Origin: Thraustochytrium aureum
Lineage: Eukaryota
NCBI GenBank assembly: GCA_012862495.1
Contig: BLSG01000113.1
Span: forward strand, 12,599 to 76,598
Length of the DNA stretch: 64,000 nucleotides
Direction of reading: 5' to 3'
Shown: positions 47,060 through 58,653 of the stretch, piece by piece
How the letters are laid out: every line of letters starts with the position of its first letter
Position numbering within the stretch: the first letter of the stretch is position 1
The notes under the pieces: generated by a model
Database searches by the model: none
The model's input: the letters and a program-made list of their open reading frames with translations, nothing else
What the model was told of the DNA's origin: nothing
Program-made: the position numbers and the translations under genes

Positions 47060-50000
47060 TTACGTCACCAGGCCCCGGAGCTCCTCTGGGCGGTCCCAGA
47101 CCGACTCCTCCGTTGCCGTGTTATAGTAAAACTCCTTGCCGTCTTCGTCAAAGCAGACCTCCCAGACCCCAACCTTGAGCTTGACGTTCTCTACCACCTT
47201 CGCGACGAAAGTGGCGTCGCTAGGCCCAACGTGCGACTGTGCAAGGTAACGGTTTCCATCCGTCTGCGCAACTTCAACGCGGGCGTCGTCCTCCCATGGC
47301 GCCTCCTCGTATCCTGCATCCAACTCTTGGTAATAGGGCTGGTCCTGCTGCGCAGCAAAGCGTCCGGAGGATCCTCCGCACCGGCTTGAAAGCCTTGGTC
47401 GCGTTGCAAGGCGTCGGCCTCCACTTCGGGAAACCCGTTCGGAGGAACGTAGCAGTACTTTTGCTTCTTGAGGACCACTTTGCCGTCCTCAACTTTGCAG
47501 CGGACCTTGGTCTCAAGAACCTCAAGCAGCTCCACGTCGTTTGTGGTTCCGTCGCTGCGGACCATTTTCACAGTGGCTCCCACCACGCTTTCAGGGCTGG
47601 CAACGTTCGTGATACACTCGTAACCGACGGCGAGGAGAGCGTTGACAGCGAGCTTGACTGCCGCGCTCGACTTTGGCGAGGTCGGCGATGCAAGCCACGG
47701 CCCACCGTCGTACTCTGCAGCCCCGTCAACAGAGAGAAATCCATCAGGCTCATTCTGCTCGTACGTTGGAGCGTTGTCAGTTGGCTCCCCAAAAGCCATC
47801 GCGCCCCAATTGGGACCAAAGTCTTCGCCAGGACCGCCCCCGTTGTAGTCGCCCTCAACGCCAAGGCCATCGTGCTGGCGAGCTGAAACGCCGTGAGAGG
47901 GGGAGTTGGGGGCGCTTGGAGACCAGTTTGCGCGCCCATCATCGGCTCCACCGTCATGGCGCCCTAGTTGCCAGTTGTCTTCTTGCGAAGGGGAAATGCC
48001 GTTCTCCTGCTTGGCCTGGGTCATTGCATAGTTCTCCGACCCGTCCCAGTCTTGCCCTGTCTCGTATTCCTTGTTGGCGCGATCTGCTTCGTCCGTCACA
48101 GGGTTGCCTTCCGGCGGTTCCTCGGGGTACTCGCCCTCCTCGTTGAATTGCTCGCGATCCCCTCTCGCCCTCGCCCTCGCCCTCGTCCTCGTAGTATTCC
48201 TCGGCGCGCATGTCGAGCGGGTCGCCTCCGGCGGGCGGGCATTTGGTCGCAAAGGGATCGATAGCGTCATAGTCTTCCGCCTCGTAAGTCGGGAGCGCCT
48301 CATCCCCTAGCGCAGCTGTGTATTGCATGTCTCTGGCACCTTCGTGTTTTGCGTACTGGTTGGCAGCTCGGCGGTCGCCGTATGCGAGCTGGATGTCGTC
48401 AGCTGGCAGATTCTGAAAGTCTTCTGGTGAAAAATAAAACTCATGCTCCCGCGCGTACTGTCCTAGGACGACCGCGCCGTCGCTCACGGCCGTCGTTCGA
48501 GGGCCCCGCAGGAAGTCGTGCTCCTCTGGCTCTGCCCAGACCTGTTTCCAGTCCTCCAAGTAGGCCTTCTTGTCGCGGTAAGCCGAGCGGGCTTGGAACC
48601 CTCGGTACGTTCGCTGTAGTGTTGTGGCGGCTTGATTCTCCCTGCGCTCGTTGGCGCGGTGCTGCAGCGTGTCTTCGAGGTGCTGCCTCAACGCGGCGCG
48701 CTTGGGGCTCATTGGCTCTTTGGGCAAACTGCTCGAGAGGGTGAAATCATACCCTTGAAGGTTCTTGACGACGTCCAGAAACTCGGGGTGCTTTTTGAAC
48801 GTCGCGCCTGGCTTTGGACTCTGCTGGAGGGCCCGAAGGGACTCCAGTTCGTCAAATCCGTAGCTCAGGACACTAAGTCCAATGAACTCGCCAGGGTCGC
48901 CACCCTCGTGCCCGCCCGGGTGGCGATCACGGTGGCGTAGGGCGTCCTTCATGCGCTCGACGCGACGCATAGCCCGAGCTCCGCGCCAAGCACTTTGAAC
49001 GGTGACGGCGGCACCCCCTCGCACGGCCTTTGGCGTTGCGGCTGCAACATGGCGCAGCTTCACGTGTACGTGGTGCTTTGGTGGTGCGGGCCCACGGTAG
49101 CGCCGTTTCTCCTCAGCATCGTTCCTGGGCCAGTCGAGTTGCTCTTCGCTGGCCTTGGCACTATGGGACGGTTGCGACCCCGGGTGCCTGGCCCTCGAGC
49201 GAGACCTGATTAGCAAGTCGACAGCCTGCGCTTGACGCGTGAACCGGTCCTCGCCACTCTTTCTCCGGTTCGCGAGGCTGAGATCTGAATTTGCGCGCTC
49301 CATCCTTTGCGGTCGCTGTTTGGCAGCTAACCCGCGCGGTGTTCGATCAAACAGGCTGTCCCTGCTGTCTTCGCTGTAGAGTGACTCGACGTCAAAGCCG
49401 CATGCAACACCGTCAGCCGCGCCTCCCCACAAGGCCTCGATAAAATCGCGCTTCCTTCGCTGGGCAGCACCGACCCGCTGTGCGGCAACTGGGCGCTTGA
49501 GACCGGCGCTAGCAGGTGAGCCACCGCGCGACGCCGCATGCCGCTTGTCGGCAGAGCTCGAGGCCTTCAGCGGGACATAGCTTATCCGAGGTTGCGCCGC
49601 TCGCCACTGGCGGCCCAGCGGCCTCCCTTTGCCACTACCTCGGCCTTGGCCACGCGCGGCCTCCGTTCGCCCTCGTAACCGCGTCCAGCCGCGAGCATCG
49701 CATACTTCTCCTCGCGAACCATATTGACACGCACGCTGAGCGGCAAGTCGGATGCTCCGACGCCCCCGCGCCACATGCTGGCGACGCGGTCAGAGAGCTG
49801 GGCACGCAGCCGCGACGGGCGACCAACCCGAGTGGGCGACCGACCTGTGGGCGCTGCCCGGCCCAGCCCAGCCACGGTCTCAGCCCGCCCTGCGCGCGCT
49901 CTTGGGCGGTAAGAGACTCTGCCAGTGGACAGCCTGCTCCTTCCGCAGCCCAAGTCGGTCGGTCTGCTTGAGCAGCGCCTCGAGGCCGGCTTGGGCCGGA

Positions 50001-50537
50001 GCGCTGCGCACTCGTTCGCTAGCCGCGTTCGCGCCAAGCACACTCGAGCCCGAGTGTGCTTTAGCAGCAGCAGCGGGTCCGGCGGAGGCTGCTGCGGCGG
50101 CTGTGTTTGGCCTTTCCGCGCTGTGCACTCAGTACGCCCAGTCAGTGAGCGAGCGCGGCGCCACGCATTCGCAGCTTGCGGAGAACAGTGCCAACGCGTG
50201 TCACACTCACGAAACCAAACCAGGCGCTGAAAACTGTCAAATCCTCGTGCATTCCAACGTGCTCTTCACCCTCACAACGACCCGCTTCCCTCTCGCGCTC
50301 GCCCAGCCGAGTCAGCAGCGCGGCCCGCTCCCGCGGCACACAATTCCCTTCGACCTCTTCGACGGCGATGGAAAAACCGGCCAAAAAAACCCGGAAAAGC
50401 CGCTTCAAACCTGCACAAGCCGAGCCAAAGGCCTCGCAGGCCGCAGCGCCCAGCTCAAGAACGACCTGACGCGCCTCACAAGCGCCGCTTTCCGCCAGGG
50501 CCGGCCTCCCAGGCGCCCAGCCCGCGGGCGCCTCCAT
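47060..50537 (-). CDS. Large low-complexity protein with two IQ motifs and a C-terminal WW domain; several frameshifts, 5' exon uncertain
   Basis: IQ: AAVTVQSAWRGARAMRR and AATTLQRTYRGFQARS (ORF 47954..49774). WW: WEVCFDEDGKEFYYNTATEESVWDRP (47060..47323). Putative first exon from ATG 50537 ends at a GTGAGT donor near 50210. Confidence 0.65.
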
Positions 50538-50869
50538 CGGCCATCCTCGATTCCAACGGATCTTTGACCCTCTACATTCCACATTGGGCGATTGCGGGGT
50601 GGAGCCCCAAACCAGTGGACTGCCCGACCTCTCCAAGCGGCGGCGGCCAATCTCTCCGCGCTTGCGGGCCAGCGTGCTGCTGCAGCGTGTCGCGATAGCC
50701 ATCGCGCGGGCCATCGCGCTGCGCTTGCCTGGCCGCCGCGGCGTGCTTGCGGGCGAGGTGGTCGGCGTCGATTTGGGGGGGGTTTGGGAGCCCTGGCCTG
50801 CTTTGGACGCGCCGCATCTCGCCGCTCTACTGCTCGACGAAAGCGCTGGACGCCGGGCTGGTGGCGACC

Positions 50870-52193
50870 ATGAGCGCGACGGCTGCTGCTGCTACTGCGG
50901 CGGCGATCGCGCGAGGCAACGTGAAAGGGGCTGAGGGTTTGAAGAGGCTGGTGGTCGTTGTCGGGGCGACCGGCGTCGGCAAAACGAAGCTCGGCGTCGA
51001 GCTCGCGAAGGCGCTGAACGGCGAGGTGGTGAACGCGGACGCGATGCAAATGTACAAAGGGCTCGACATTGCGTCGGCCAAACCAAGCGAGCCGGAGATG
51101 GAAGGCATCCGCACCACTTGCTCGGCTTTCTCGATCCGTCCACGCCGTTCACGGTGCGGTCGTTCCGGGACGCGGCGCTTCCAGTAATTCAGGACATCAG
51201 CGCGCGAGGCAAGCTGCCAATCGTGGTCGGTGGGACGCTGTACTATATCCAGGCGTTGCTCTGGCCGTCGCTTATGGACGAGACGCCGGTCGGCACAGCA
51301 AGGCCGGTCGTAAGACCCGCGACTGGCGCAAACAACGACGCAGAGGAGGTAAACACGAGAGAGCTGTACGCCCGCCTGGTCGCCTTGGATGCGGAGACCG
51401 CACAACGCATCCATCCCCTCGACACGCGCAAGATCGAGCGACAGCTCGCTATCTTTGACGAGATGGGACTCAAGCCGAGCGACTTGGTGGCCAAGCAGCG
51501 CGAAGCGGGTCTCAGAGACCAGCTTCGATTCCACTGCAACGTGTTATGGCTTTCTTGTGACCCAGACGTGCACGCGTCGCGGCTTGCGCGTCGGGCCCAG
51601 GGCATGCTCGCCAACGGGCTGCTGCAGGAGGCTGCGTCGTTTATTAATGCCTTCAAGCTGGACGTGGACGCGACCGCAGGCACGAAGCCCTCGACGCCGG
51701 ACGGTCTTTTTCAAGCGATTGGATTCCGCGAGTTTCTTCCCATATTCAAACGCGACCCGCAGGCCGCGCTGAAAGGCACAGTGAACAGAAGCGACCCGCT
51801 CCTGGCAGATTGCACAGAGCAGTTGCTGCTGCGCCACCGCCAGTATACTCGGCAACAGCTCAAGTGGATCAGGAGTCGCCTTGTTACGCGAAACGCGCCT
51901 GTTCACAACTTGGACACAAGCTTTTGTGACGGCTCGAAGGAAAACTGGAAGCGGGACGTCCTTGAACCTGCCATCAAGCTTTGCACGTGGTTTTCGGGCA
52001 GCGACTCGTTGGAGAACGATCCGCCGTCGCTCCCGCGTTGCAACACGGAGGCCAAGCAGCGCACTCTGACCAGCCATACATGCGACGCCTGCGAGGTTAC
52101 TGTTGTTGGGGATGTCCAGTGGGCCGCCCACCTTGGGAGCCGGAGGCACCGGAAGCGCCTATGTAGCTTCGAGCGCGCGGAGAAGCGCCAGCG
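50870..52193 (+). CDS. TRIT1: tRNA dimethylallyltransferase (TRIT1/Mod5/MiaA) with C-terminal zinc finger; -1 error near 51110, stop in gap
   Basis: VVGATGVGKTKL, VVNADAMQMYKGLDIASAKPS, (P)HHLLGF, LPIVVGGTLYYIQALL, RIHPLDTRKI, QAIGFREF, QYTRQQLKWIR, and the eukaryote-type CDAC..W..HLGSRRH finger. Confidence 0.95.
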
Positions 52194-52910
52194 NNNNNNN
52201 NNNNNNNNNNNNNNNNNNNNNNNNNNNNNNNNNNNNNNNNNNNNNNNNNNNNNNNNNNNNNNNNNNNNNNNNNNNNNNNNNNNNNNNNNNNNNNNNNNNN
52301 NNNNNNNNNNNNNNNNNNNNNNNNNNNNNNNNNNNNNNNNNNNNNNNNNNNNNNNNNNNNNNNNNNNNNNNNNNNNNNNNNNNNNNNNNNNNNNNNNNNN
52401 NNNNNNNNNNNNNNNNNNNNNNNNNNNNNNNNNNNNNNNNNNNNNNNNNNNNNNNNNNNNNNNNNNNNNNNNNNNNNNNNNNNNNNNNNNNNNNNNNNNN
52501 NNNNNNNNNNNNNNNNNNNNNNNNNNNNNNNNNNNNNNNNNNNNNNNNNNNNNNNNNNNNNNNNNNNNNNNNNNNNNNNNNNNNNNNNNNNNNNNNNNNN
52601 NNNNNNNNNNNNNNNNNNNNNNNNNNNNNNNNNNNNNNNNNNNNNNNNNNNNNNNNNNNNNNNNNNNNNNNNNNNNNNNNNNNNNNNNNNNNNNNNNNNN
52701 NNNNNNNNNNNNNNNNNNNNNNNNNNNNNNNNNNNNNNNNNNNNNNNNNNNNNNNNNNNNNNNNNNNNNNNNNNNNNNNNNNNNNNNNNNNNNNNNNNNN
52801 NNNNNNNNNNNNNNNNNNNNNNNNNNNNNNNNNNNNNNNNNNNNNNNNNNNNNNNNNNNNNNNNNNNNNNNNNNNNNNNNNNNNNNNNNNNNNNNNNNNN
52901 NNNNNNNNNN

Positions 52911-53447
52911 GTAGACGCCTGGCCTCGCTTTGGTGGACAGCAAGTGGTGCAGTTTCTGCGCCGCTTCCTTGAACTCCTCCTGCATCTCGCGCATGCGGCG
53001 TTCCTGCTCCTCTTGCGCGGCTCTCTCTCTGTTTGCTGCCAGCTGCGTTCGGAGCTGGTTGCTCTTTTGCAGAATGTTGGCGATGTAGGCTTTCCGTGCA
53101 TAAAAATCGTGCTTGTACCGCCTGCTGTAAAAGCCGCGAAACACGTGTTGGATTGCGCTCGCGCAGCACTGGAAAATCGCGCCGATCTCAAAATTACGGC
53201 GCTGCTGGACCAGCATGCGGCACCTGGCGCGGCCTTGATGTCCGCGAAAGACGCGCTCGATCTCACAGCAGCTGAACCGCTTCAGAGCGAACAGGCTTTG
53301 CACCCGGTGTCGCCGCGCCTGGCGCTGGATGGCGATGCACGCGGACAGTTCCAGCTCCCTGCTCGCATCGCGCTCTTCATTGACGCGGTCGAACGCCTGC
53401 AAAACCCTGCTCGTGGCCACTGCCGCCAGCGCCAAAAACTCGGCCAT
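52911..53447 (-). CDS. SPATA17: Spermatogenesis-associated protein 17-like IQ-motif flagellar protein; 3' end in gap
   Basis: Three IQ-like motifs ending in IQHVFRGFYSRRYKHDFYARKAY, plus HHLLSTKARPGVY. Confidence 0.85.
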
Positions 53448-54255
53448 GACGCGTGCCGACCGCGGGGGCGGGCGTGCAGGAGGGCCGATGCGCGTCGCCC
53501 AAGCTGCTGAGGTCAGGGCGATCGCCTGGATGCTGTTTCTTGAGCTTGCTGCCAGCCTCGACGACCTGCCCTTGGCAATCCGTCCTGCTCTGTCCTGCTC
53601 TGCCGCGTGCGCGATGCGACAAGGTGCATGCTTGCATGCCGTACCTCTTCTCCACACGCGTTTAACGGATAAATCCGCTCTGCCGATTTGTTCGCTAGTT
53701 CGTTCGTCTCTTTCAACCTATCTTTGAATTCCGACGTGGTGGAGGCAGCGATCGATCGATGCCATCGAGGCCATTTGAGCTGGGGCACCCGCCGGGAGGC
53801 TGCTCGGGCCAGCCCAGCTGCTTAAATCGAAGTCAGCAAAAGAGCGTCGCTGGCCCCTCGTGCCGTCCCAATGGCTGTCTATGTATCGTTCGTTGCACCA
53901 CCGGCCACGCGTTCTTCATTTGAAAGGCTTGATTTCGGCGGCTTCGGCGTGCGCCGTCTGTCGTGCGCACAGATATCGAGTTTGGGGCTGCCGCCAGGTC
54001 CGCTGTCGTTTCGTTCTAGCTCAAGCTCCGATCCGAGAACCGCCATGGAGAAGCAAGGGGACCACGCTTACTCTACTCTACACTACATTACTCTGCATTA
54101 CCGGACACCCACCTGGCCACAGTGTTGCCTCAAGTCCACGGTTGCAGACGCAGCGAACGCGGAGCGCCAAGAAAGCAACTTCGTGAGTGGATAGAGTATG
54201 CTCGAGCACTGCTCTAGCTAGCTTGAGTACTTGGCGATTTGGTCTCGACCGGGGT

Positions 54256-55842
54256 TCACTGGCGTGCTTCGTTGGCTTCGGATGAGGGCTCCCCGTCTCG
54301 CATGAGCTGCTGCTTGCCACCGAATACAGCTTCGGCGAGCGAAAGCTTGCCATCCGCGCCAGCGGAATAAATACGAAGCTTTGGGCGCCCGCGCTGCGAG
54401 ACACTTTTGAGCAAGCAGATCCGAAACGCGGTCGACTCGTGCGGCCTGCTTTCGAGCACGGCGACATCAAGGCTCTGCAGTCTTGCGACCCGCACGGTTC
54501 CATCCGTGGCACACGAGGCAATCGCGAGGTCGTCGTCTTGGGCCGAAGACGCAACCGAAGCAGGCACGTAGGAAATAGCAATGTCCAAAACCCAGGCCTG
54601 ATGCGCTTCGAACTGCGCAATATACGAAAGCCCAAGAGCCTCCATAACGACGAGGCGGCCGTCGGTGAGCCCGACAGCGACCACTGTCCTCCCCGATAGG
54701 CAACGAGCGAGCGAAATAGCCGAAACCGCCGAGCCACACGACGCCGTCGCGACAAGTCGATGGCCCGACTCGGCGCCGCCCAGCGCCACCCTGAGTACTT
54801 GCCCGGTCCTCGAGCCTATGTACAGGTTTCCCTCGCCCTGCTCGAGCGCAGTGCAATTGATGCCCCCGTGGGGCTGCGCGTCAAAGCATGTTGCCGAGGC
54901 CTCAGTTGCATTCCATGTTGACACAAACCCACTTGGCGAGGCGGCGACGAGGAGGTTGCCGAGCTTCGGAACGCAATACAGTTGCGACAAGGTCGAGCAG
55001 CGCGCGTCAAGGACGCGCAAGCAGGAGCGCGACTCAGCATCCCATAGACGGACCGTGCCGTCCCGAGCGGCGCTGGCAACCTGCCAGAGATCCGTCAAGC
55101 CAACCACGCGCGTGACCGGGCCGCGGTGGCCCTTGAGGACCTTGCAAAGGGACGTGTCCCGTACGTCCCAGATCCGCGCAGTCTTATCTTCCGAGGACGT
55201 GACGAGAAGATTAGCGCCCAGGGACGCAGCGTGCAGGACAGGGCCGGTGTGGCCGCTGCAGACCACAACGCTTTGAAACTCGGCAGCATGCGATCTGTCG
55301 GTTCGCAGGAGCGCTGCCGTGCCGTCGTCCGAGCACGTGACCACAGTATTGGCCCAAAGCGTGGCTAGAAAGCGAATGCCCCTACTATGCGTCTGGGGCG
55401 GCTGCGCGGGGAGCGCTGTGGTTTCGGCAGGACTGGAATCGATTGGTCGAACGTCGCAGATTGCGGGTTTGCGCCTGGCGATTTGGCGATGTGCGTGGAC
55501 CGACTTTCGAAACTCGAAGGCCTCTCCGGGCTCGTGTGTTACAACGCGCACTGCTGCGCGCGTCTCTGGCACGCGCGTGGAGATATTCCAAATCGGTCTT
55601 GGATCGACGTTGTTCCCGCCCGTGGTGCTTTCGCGTGCGCTTTGCACAAGCGCCAGACCCGACTCCTCGCTGCCCTTGCGCCCAATTTCCAACCTGCTTG
55701 TCAGCGGCGTCGTCACCAGCCCGCTTGCGCCGCGCGCCGTCCCCGCTAGCAGGTTTTTGGCCGACTTTGCAGGTCGTTTCGGTATCTGCACGCGCGGCAC
55801 CTCGGCGGCACGTGCGACGAGATTGGGCCCGGCGCTCGCCAT
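54256..55842 (-). CDS. WD40-repeat protein
   Basis: GHTGPV...LVTSSEDKTARIWD, LKGHRGPV...ASAARDGTVRLWD, AHQAWV...ASCATDGTVRV, YSAGADGKL. First ATG in frame is at 55842. Confidence 0.88.
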   Translation of the reverse strand: MASAGPNLVARAAEVPRVQIPKRPAKSAKNLLAGTARGASGLVTTPLTSRLEIGRKGSEESGLALVQSARESTTGGNNVDPRPIWNISTRVPETRAAVRVVTHEPGEAFEFRKSVHAHRQIARRKPAICDVRPIDSSPAETTALPAQPPQTHSRGIRFLATLWANTVVTCSDDGTAALLRTDRSHAAEFQSVVVCSGHTGPVLHAASLGANLLVTSSEDKTARIWDVRDTSLCKVLKGHRGPVTRVVGLTDLWQVASAARDGTVRLWDAESRSCLRVLDARCSTLSQLYCVPKLGNLLVAASPSGFVSTWNATEASATCFDAQPHGGINCTALEQGEGNLYIGSRTGQVLRVALGGAESGHRLVATASCGSAVSAISLARCLSGRTVVAVGLTDGRLVVMEALGLSYIAQFEAHQAWVLDIAISYVPASVASSAQDDDLAIASCATDGTVRVARLQSLDVAVLESRPHESTAFRICLLKSVSQRGRPKLRIYSAGADGKLSLAEAVFGGKQQLMRDGEPSSEANEARQ

Positions 55843-56040
55843 CTTCAGGAGCAACCCGCCACTGCGCAGCACGAGCGCGCCTTTCAGCAAACTGATCCGC
55901 AGCAGCGCCGCGACGCCACGCCACGCCTTCAAGATCGATGATAGATCCGTTCACTCGGAATCAACCAATTCCGCTCAACCGGTCTCGTACGAACGCCGAG
56001 CCCGCTCGTGGCCGAGGATGCACCCTCGGTACTCGGCCGA

Positions 56041-56054
56041 CGGCGGCGGCAGCA

Positions 56055-56086
<32 letters not shown>

Positions 56087-56101
56087 GGCAGCGGCAGCAG
56101 C
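56041..56101. repeat. (CAG/CGG)n microsatellite
   Basis: About 20 triplets of cag/cgg/caa. Confidence 0.9.
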
Positions 56102-56916
56102 ATTGCTCGCTTCCATCGAGGCGTTGCACGAAGCTCCGGGCGCATGCAAGCAGCGCTCTCGCACTCCGACGCGAGTCGTTGTTTGGCCCGTGCTGCGGCG
56201 GCCAATACACAGAATGCGCTGCCGGTAAAGTCCGCTGCGACGCGACCGGAGAGCGCAAGCGCCGCGCGAATCGCTCCGCAGGGCGCTGCGGCTACAACAT
56301 CACGACGAGCCGCCGGCAACTCCAANNNNNNNNNNNNNNNNNNNNNNNNNNNNNNNNNNNNNNNNNNNNNNNNNNNNNNNNNNNNNNNNNNNNNNNNNNN
56401 NNNNNNNNNNNNNNNNNNNNNNNNNNNNNNNNNNNNNNNNNNNNNNNNNNNNNNNNNNNNNNNNNNNNNNNNNNNNNNNNNNNNNNNNNTATAGTAGAAT
56501 CAAGAGGCACTTTTATAATAGAGTTGAAGCGAGTCTGCAGTGTTGTTACACCGAGACCACGATCGTCTCGAGGCCCCCGTGGTCCCTGTTCTCACAAGAC
56601 CAGCGACTCGAGAGCAAAGTGCTTGGGCACCAAAGCGTTACGAAGGGGGTTGTACCGCACCGCGTCTTGTAAGCGAGCGTCATGCGTCGAGCGGGCAGGC
56701 GCGCTTTAATAAAGAGCTCAGGCGCGCGGATTGATGCGCCGCGGTGTATTGCGAGGGTTAAAGAGCACGTGCCAGACGTGCGTCGAGGCGCTCGAAGCTG
56801 GGCAGCGACAGACTTGACAGACTCGAAACAGACGACGCGGCAGAGTTGGATTCGTTGAAACTGCGGCGCTCGGCTCGGTTTGGCTCGAGCTGCTCGGTCA
56901 GCAAGTCGAGGCAGTG

Positions 56917-56917
56917 G

Positions 56918-56956
<39 letters not shown>
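56917..56956. repeat. (GGCA)n microsatellite upstream of the thiolase
   Basis: About 10 ggca units. Confidence 0.9.
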
Positions 56957-56958
<2 letters not shown>

Positions 56959-57017
56959 AGCTTGTTTTGTGCGAGGCGCTCGGGGATTGTTGTCCTTCCT
57001 GGCTCGGTGGCAGAAAT

Positions 57018-58343
57018 ATGAGCGGCAAGGCCATGCGCAAGGGGCTCTCGACGGCGGCCGCGGCCGTCAAGGCCGCGCCGGCCAAGCGGATCGCGTTCGT
57101 TGACGGCGCGCGCATCCCGTTCACGATGGCTGGCACGACGTACAAGGACAAGATTTCGTATGATATCGCCCGGCTCGCGGCCAAGGGCATCGTGGACAGG
57201 ACTGCTATCGACGCGAAGGAGATCGACTACGTGGCGTGGGGCACGGTCGTCCAGGAGGTGCGCACGAACAACATCGCGCGCGAGGTCACGCTTGGCGCGG
57301 GGCTGCCCAACAGCATCCCCTCGCACACCGTCGGGCAGGCCTGCATCTCATCCAACCAGGCCATGTGCGGCGGCGCCGAGAAGATTCTGGCCGGCCAGGC
57401 CAACGTTGTTCTCGTCGGCGGCTCGGAGACCTTTAGCGACGTGCCGATCCGCTTCAGCAAGCCCGTGCGCCAGCGCCTGCTTGGCGCTGGCAAGGCGATG
57501 AAGAAGGGCCCCGCGGGCGTGCTCAAGCTGCTCAAGGGACTCAAGCTCAAGGACTTGGCCCCAGAGCCCCCCGCCATCAAGAACTTTAGCACCGGCGAAG
57601 TCATGGGCCACTCGAGCGACCGCCTTTCATCGCGCTTTGGCGTGACCCGCGAGGAGCAAGACCAGTTCGCGTTGGCGTCGCACCACAACGCAGCCAAGGC
57701 GCACGAGAAGGGGTTGTACAAGGGCGAGATCATCCCCGTCAACGGTTCGGTGGAGGAGAACTGCATTCGTGGCGACACGACCATCGAGAAGCTCTCCACC
57801 CTCAAGCCGGCGTTTGTCAAGCCGCACGGCAGCCACACTGCCGGCAACTCCTCGCCGCTCACGGACGGCGCGTCAGCTGCGCTCATCATGTCGGAGGACA
57901 AGGCCAAGGAGCTCGGCTTTGCGCCAAAGTCTTTCCTCAAGTCGTGGAACTTTGTCTCTGTGGACCCTTTCGAGGAGATGCTGCTGGGCCCAGCATACGG
58001 CATCGCCAAGGTGCTCCGGGACAACGGCCTCACGCTCAACGACATTGACGTTTTCGAGATCCACGAGGCCTTCGCCGGCCAGGTGCTCTCCAACCTGGCC
58101 GCGCTTGACTCTGATGAGTGGTGCAAGGCCAACGTCGGCATGGACCGCATCGGCCGCGTGCCGGCGGAGAAGCTCAACCAGTGGGGCGGATCTCTCGCGA
58201 TCGGGCACCCCTTCGGCGCTACCGGGGTGCGCCTTGTGACCACTGCGACCTCGCGCCTTCACCACGAGGACGGCAGGTTTGCGCTGCTCGCGGCTTGTGC
58301 TGACGGTGGCCAGGCGCACGCCAGCCTCATCGAGCGTGCTTAG
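57018..58343 (+). CDS. HADHB: Mitochondrial trifunctional enzyme beta subunit-type 3-ketoacyl-CoA thiolase
   Basis: VDGARIPF, GTVVQEVRTNNIARE, HTVGQACISSNQA (nucleophile Cys), GEVMGHSSDRL, EIHEAFAGQ, WGGSLAIGHPFGATG, AACADGGQ: the TFE-thiolase fingerprint. Presequence-like N-terminus. Confidence 0.95.
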   Translation: MSGKAMRKGLSTAAAAVKAAPAKRIAFVDGARIPFTMAGTTYKDKISYDIARLAAKGIVDRTAIDAKEIDYVAWGTVVQEVRTNNIAREVTLGAGLPNSIPSHTVGQACISSNQAMCGGAEKILAGQANVVLVGGSETFSDVPIRFSKPVRQRLLGAGKAMKKGPAGVLKLLKGLKLKDLAPEPPAIKNFSTGEVMGHSSDRLSSRFGVTREEQDQFALASHHNAAKAHEKGLYKGEIIPVNGSVEENCIRGDTTIEKLSTLKPAFVKPHGSHTAGNSSPLTDGASAALIMSEDKAKELGFAPKSFLKSWNFVSVDPFEEMLLGPAYGIAKVLRDNGLTLNDIDVFEIHEAFAGQVLSNLAALDSDEWCKANVGMDRIGRVPAEKLNQWGGSLAIGHPFGATGVRLVTTATSRLHHEDGRFALLAACADGGQAHASLIERA

Positions 58344-58653
58344 TCGACGCGAGCCGAGAAGGACTCTTAGAGTAGAAACAACGCCCGATTTTTTCTTTGT
58401 TGCCTGCGGCTCGCCAGCCCTGCGCGGAAGGCCGGCATCCTCCCGCCCACGTCCACGGCCCAGTCCCACGCGGTCAACGTTGTAGGCCCGTTGGCGCGAC
58501 GGCGCGCGAAAAACCACCACGGGAAAAACCGCCCAAATGCCTTGCGGCGAAGCGGCAAGTGCTGAAACGGAGCGCGTGAGTCAGGCTCGGCGCCCAGCGC
58601 GGTCTCGCCTCGAGCTTGTTGGCCAGCACGACGACCGAGCTTTGCGGCGAGCG

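Noticed and set aside
22353..52193. Functional cluster of two tRNA prenyltransferases (SelU and TRIT1)
   Set aside because: They are ~28 kb apart with many unrelated genes between; nothing indicates linkage beyond chance.
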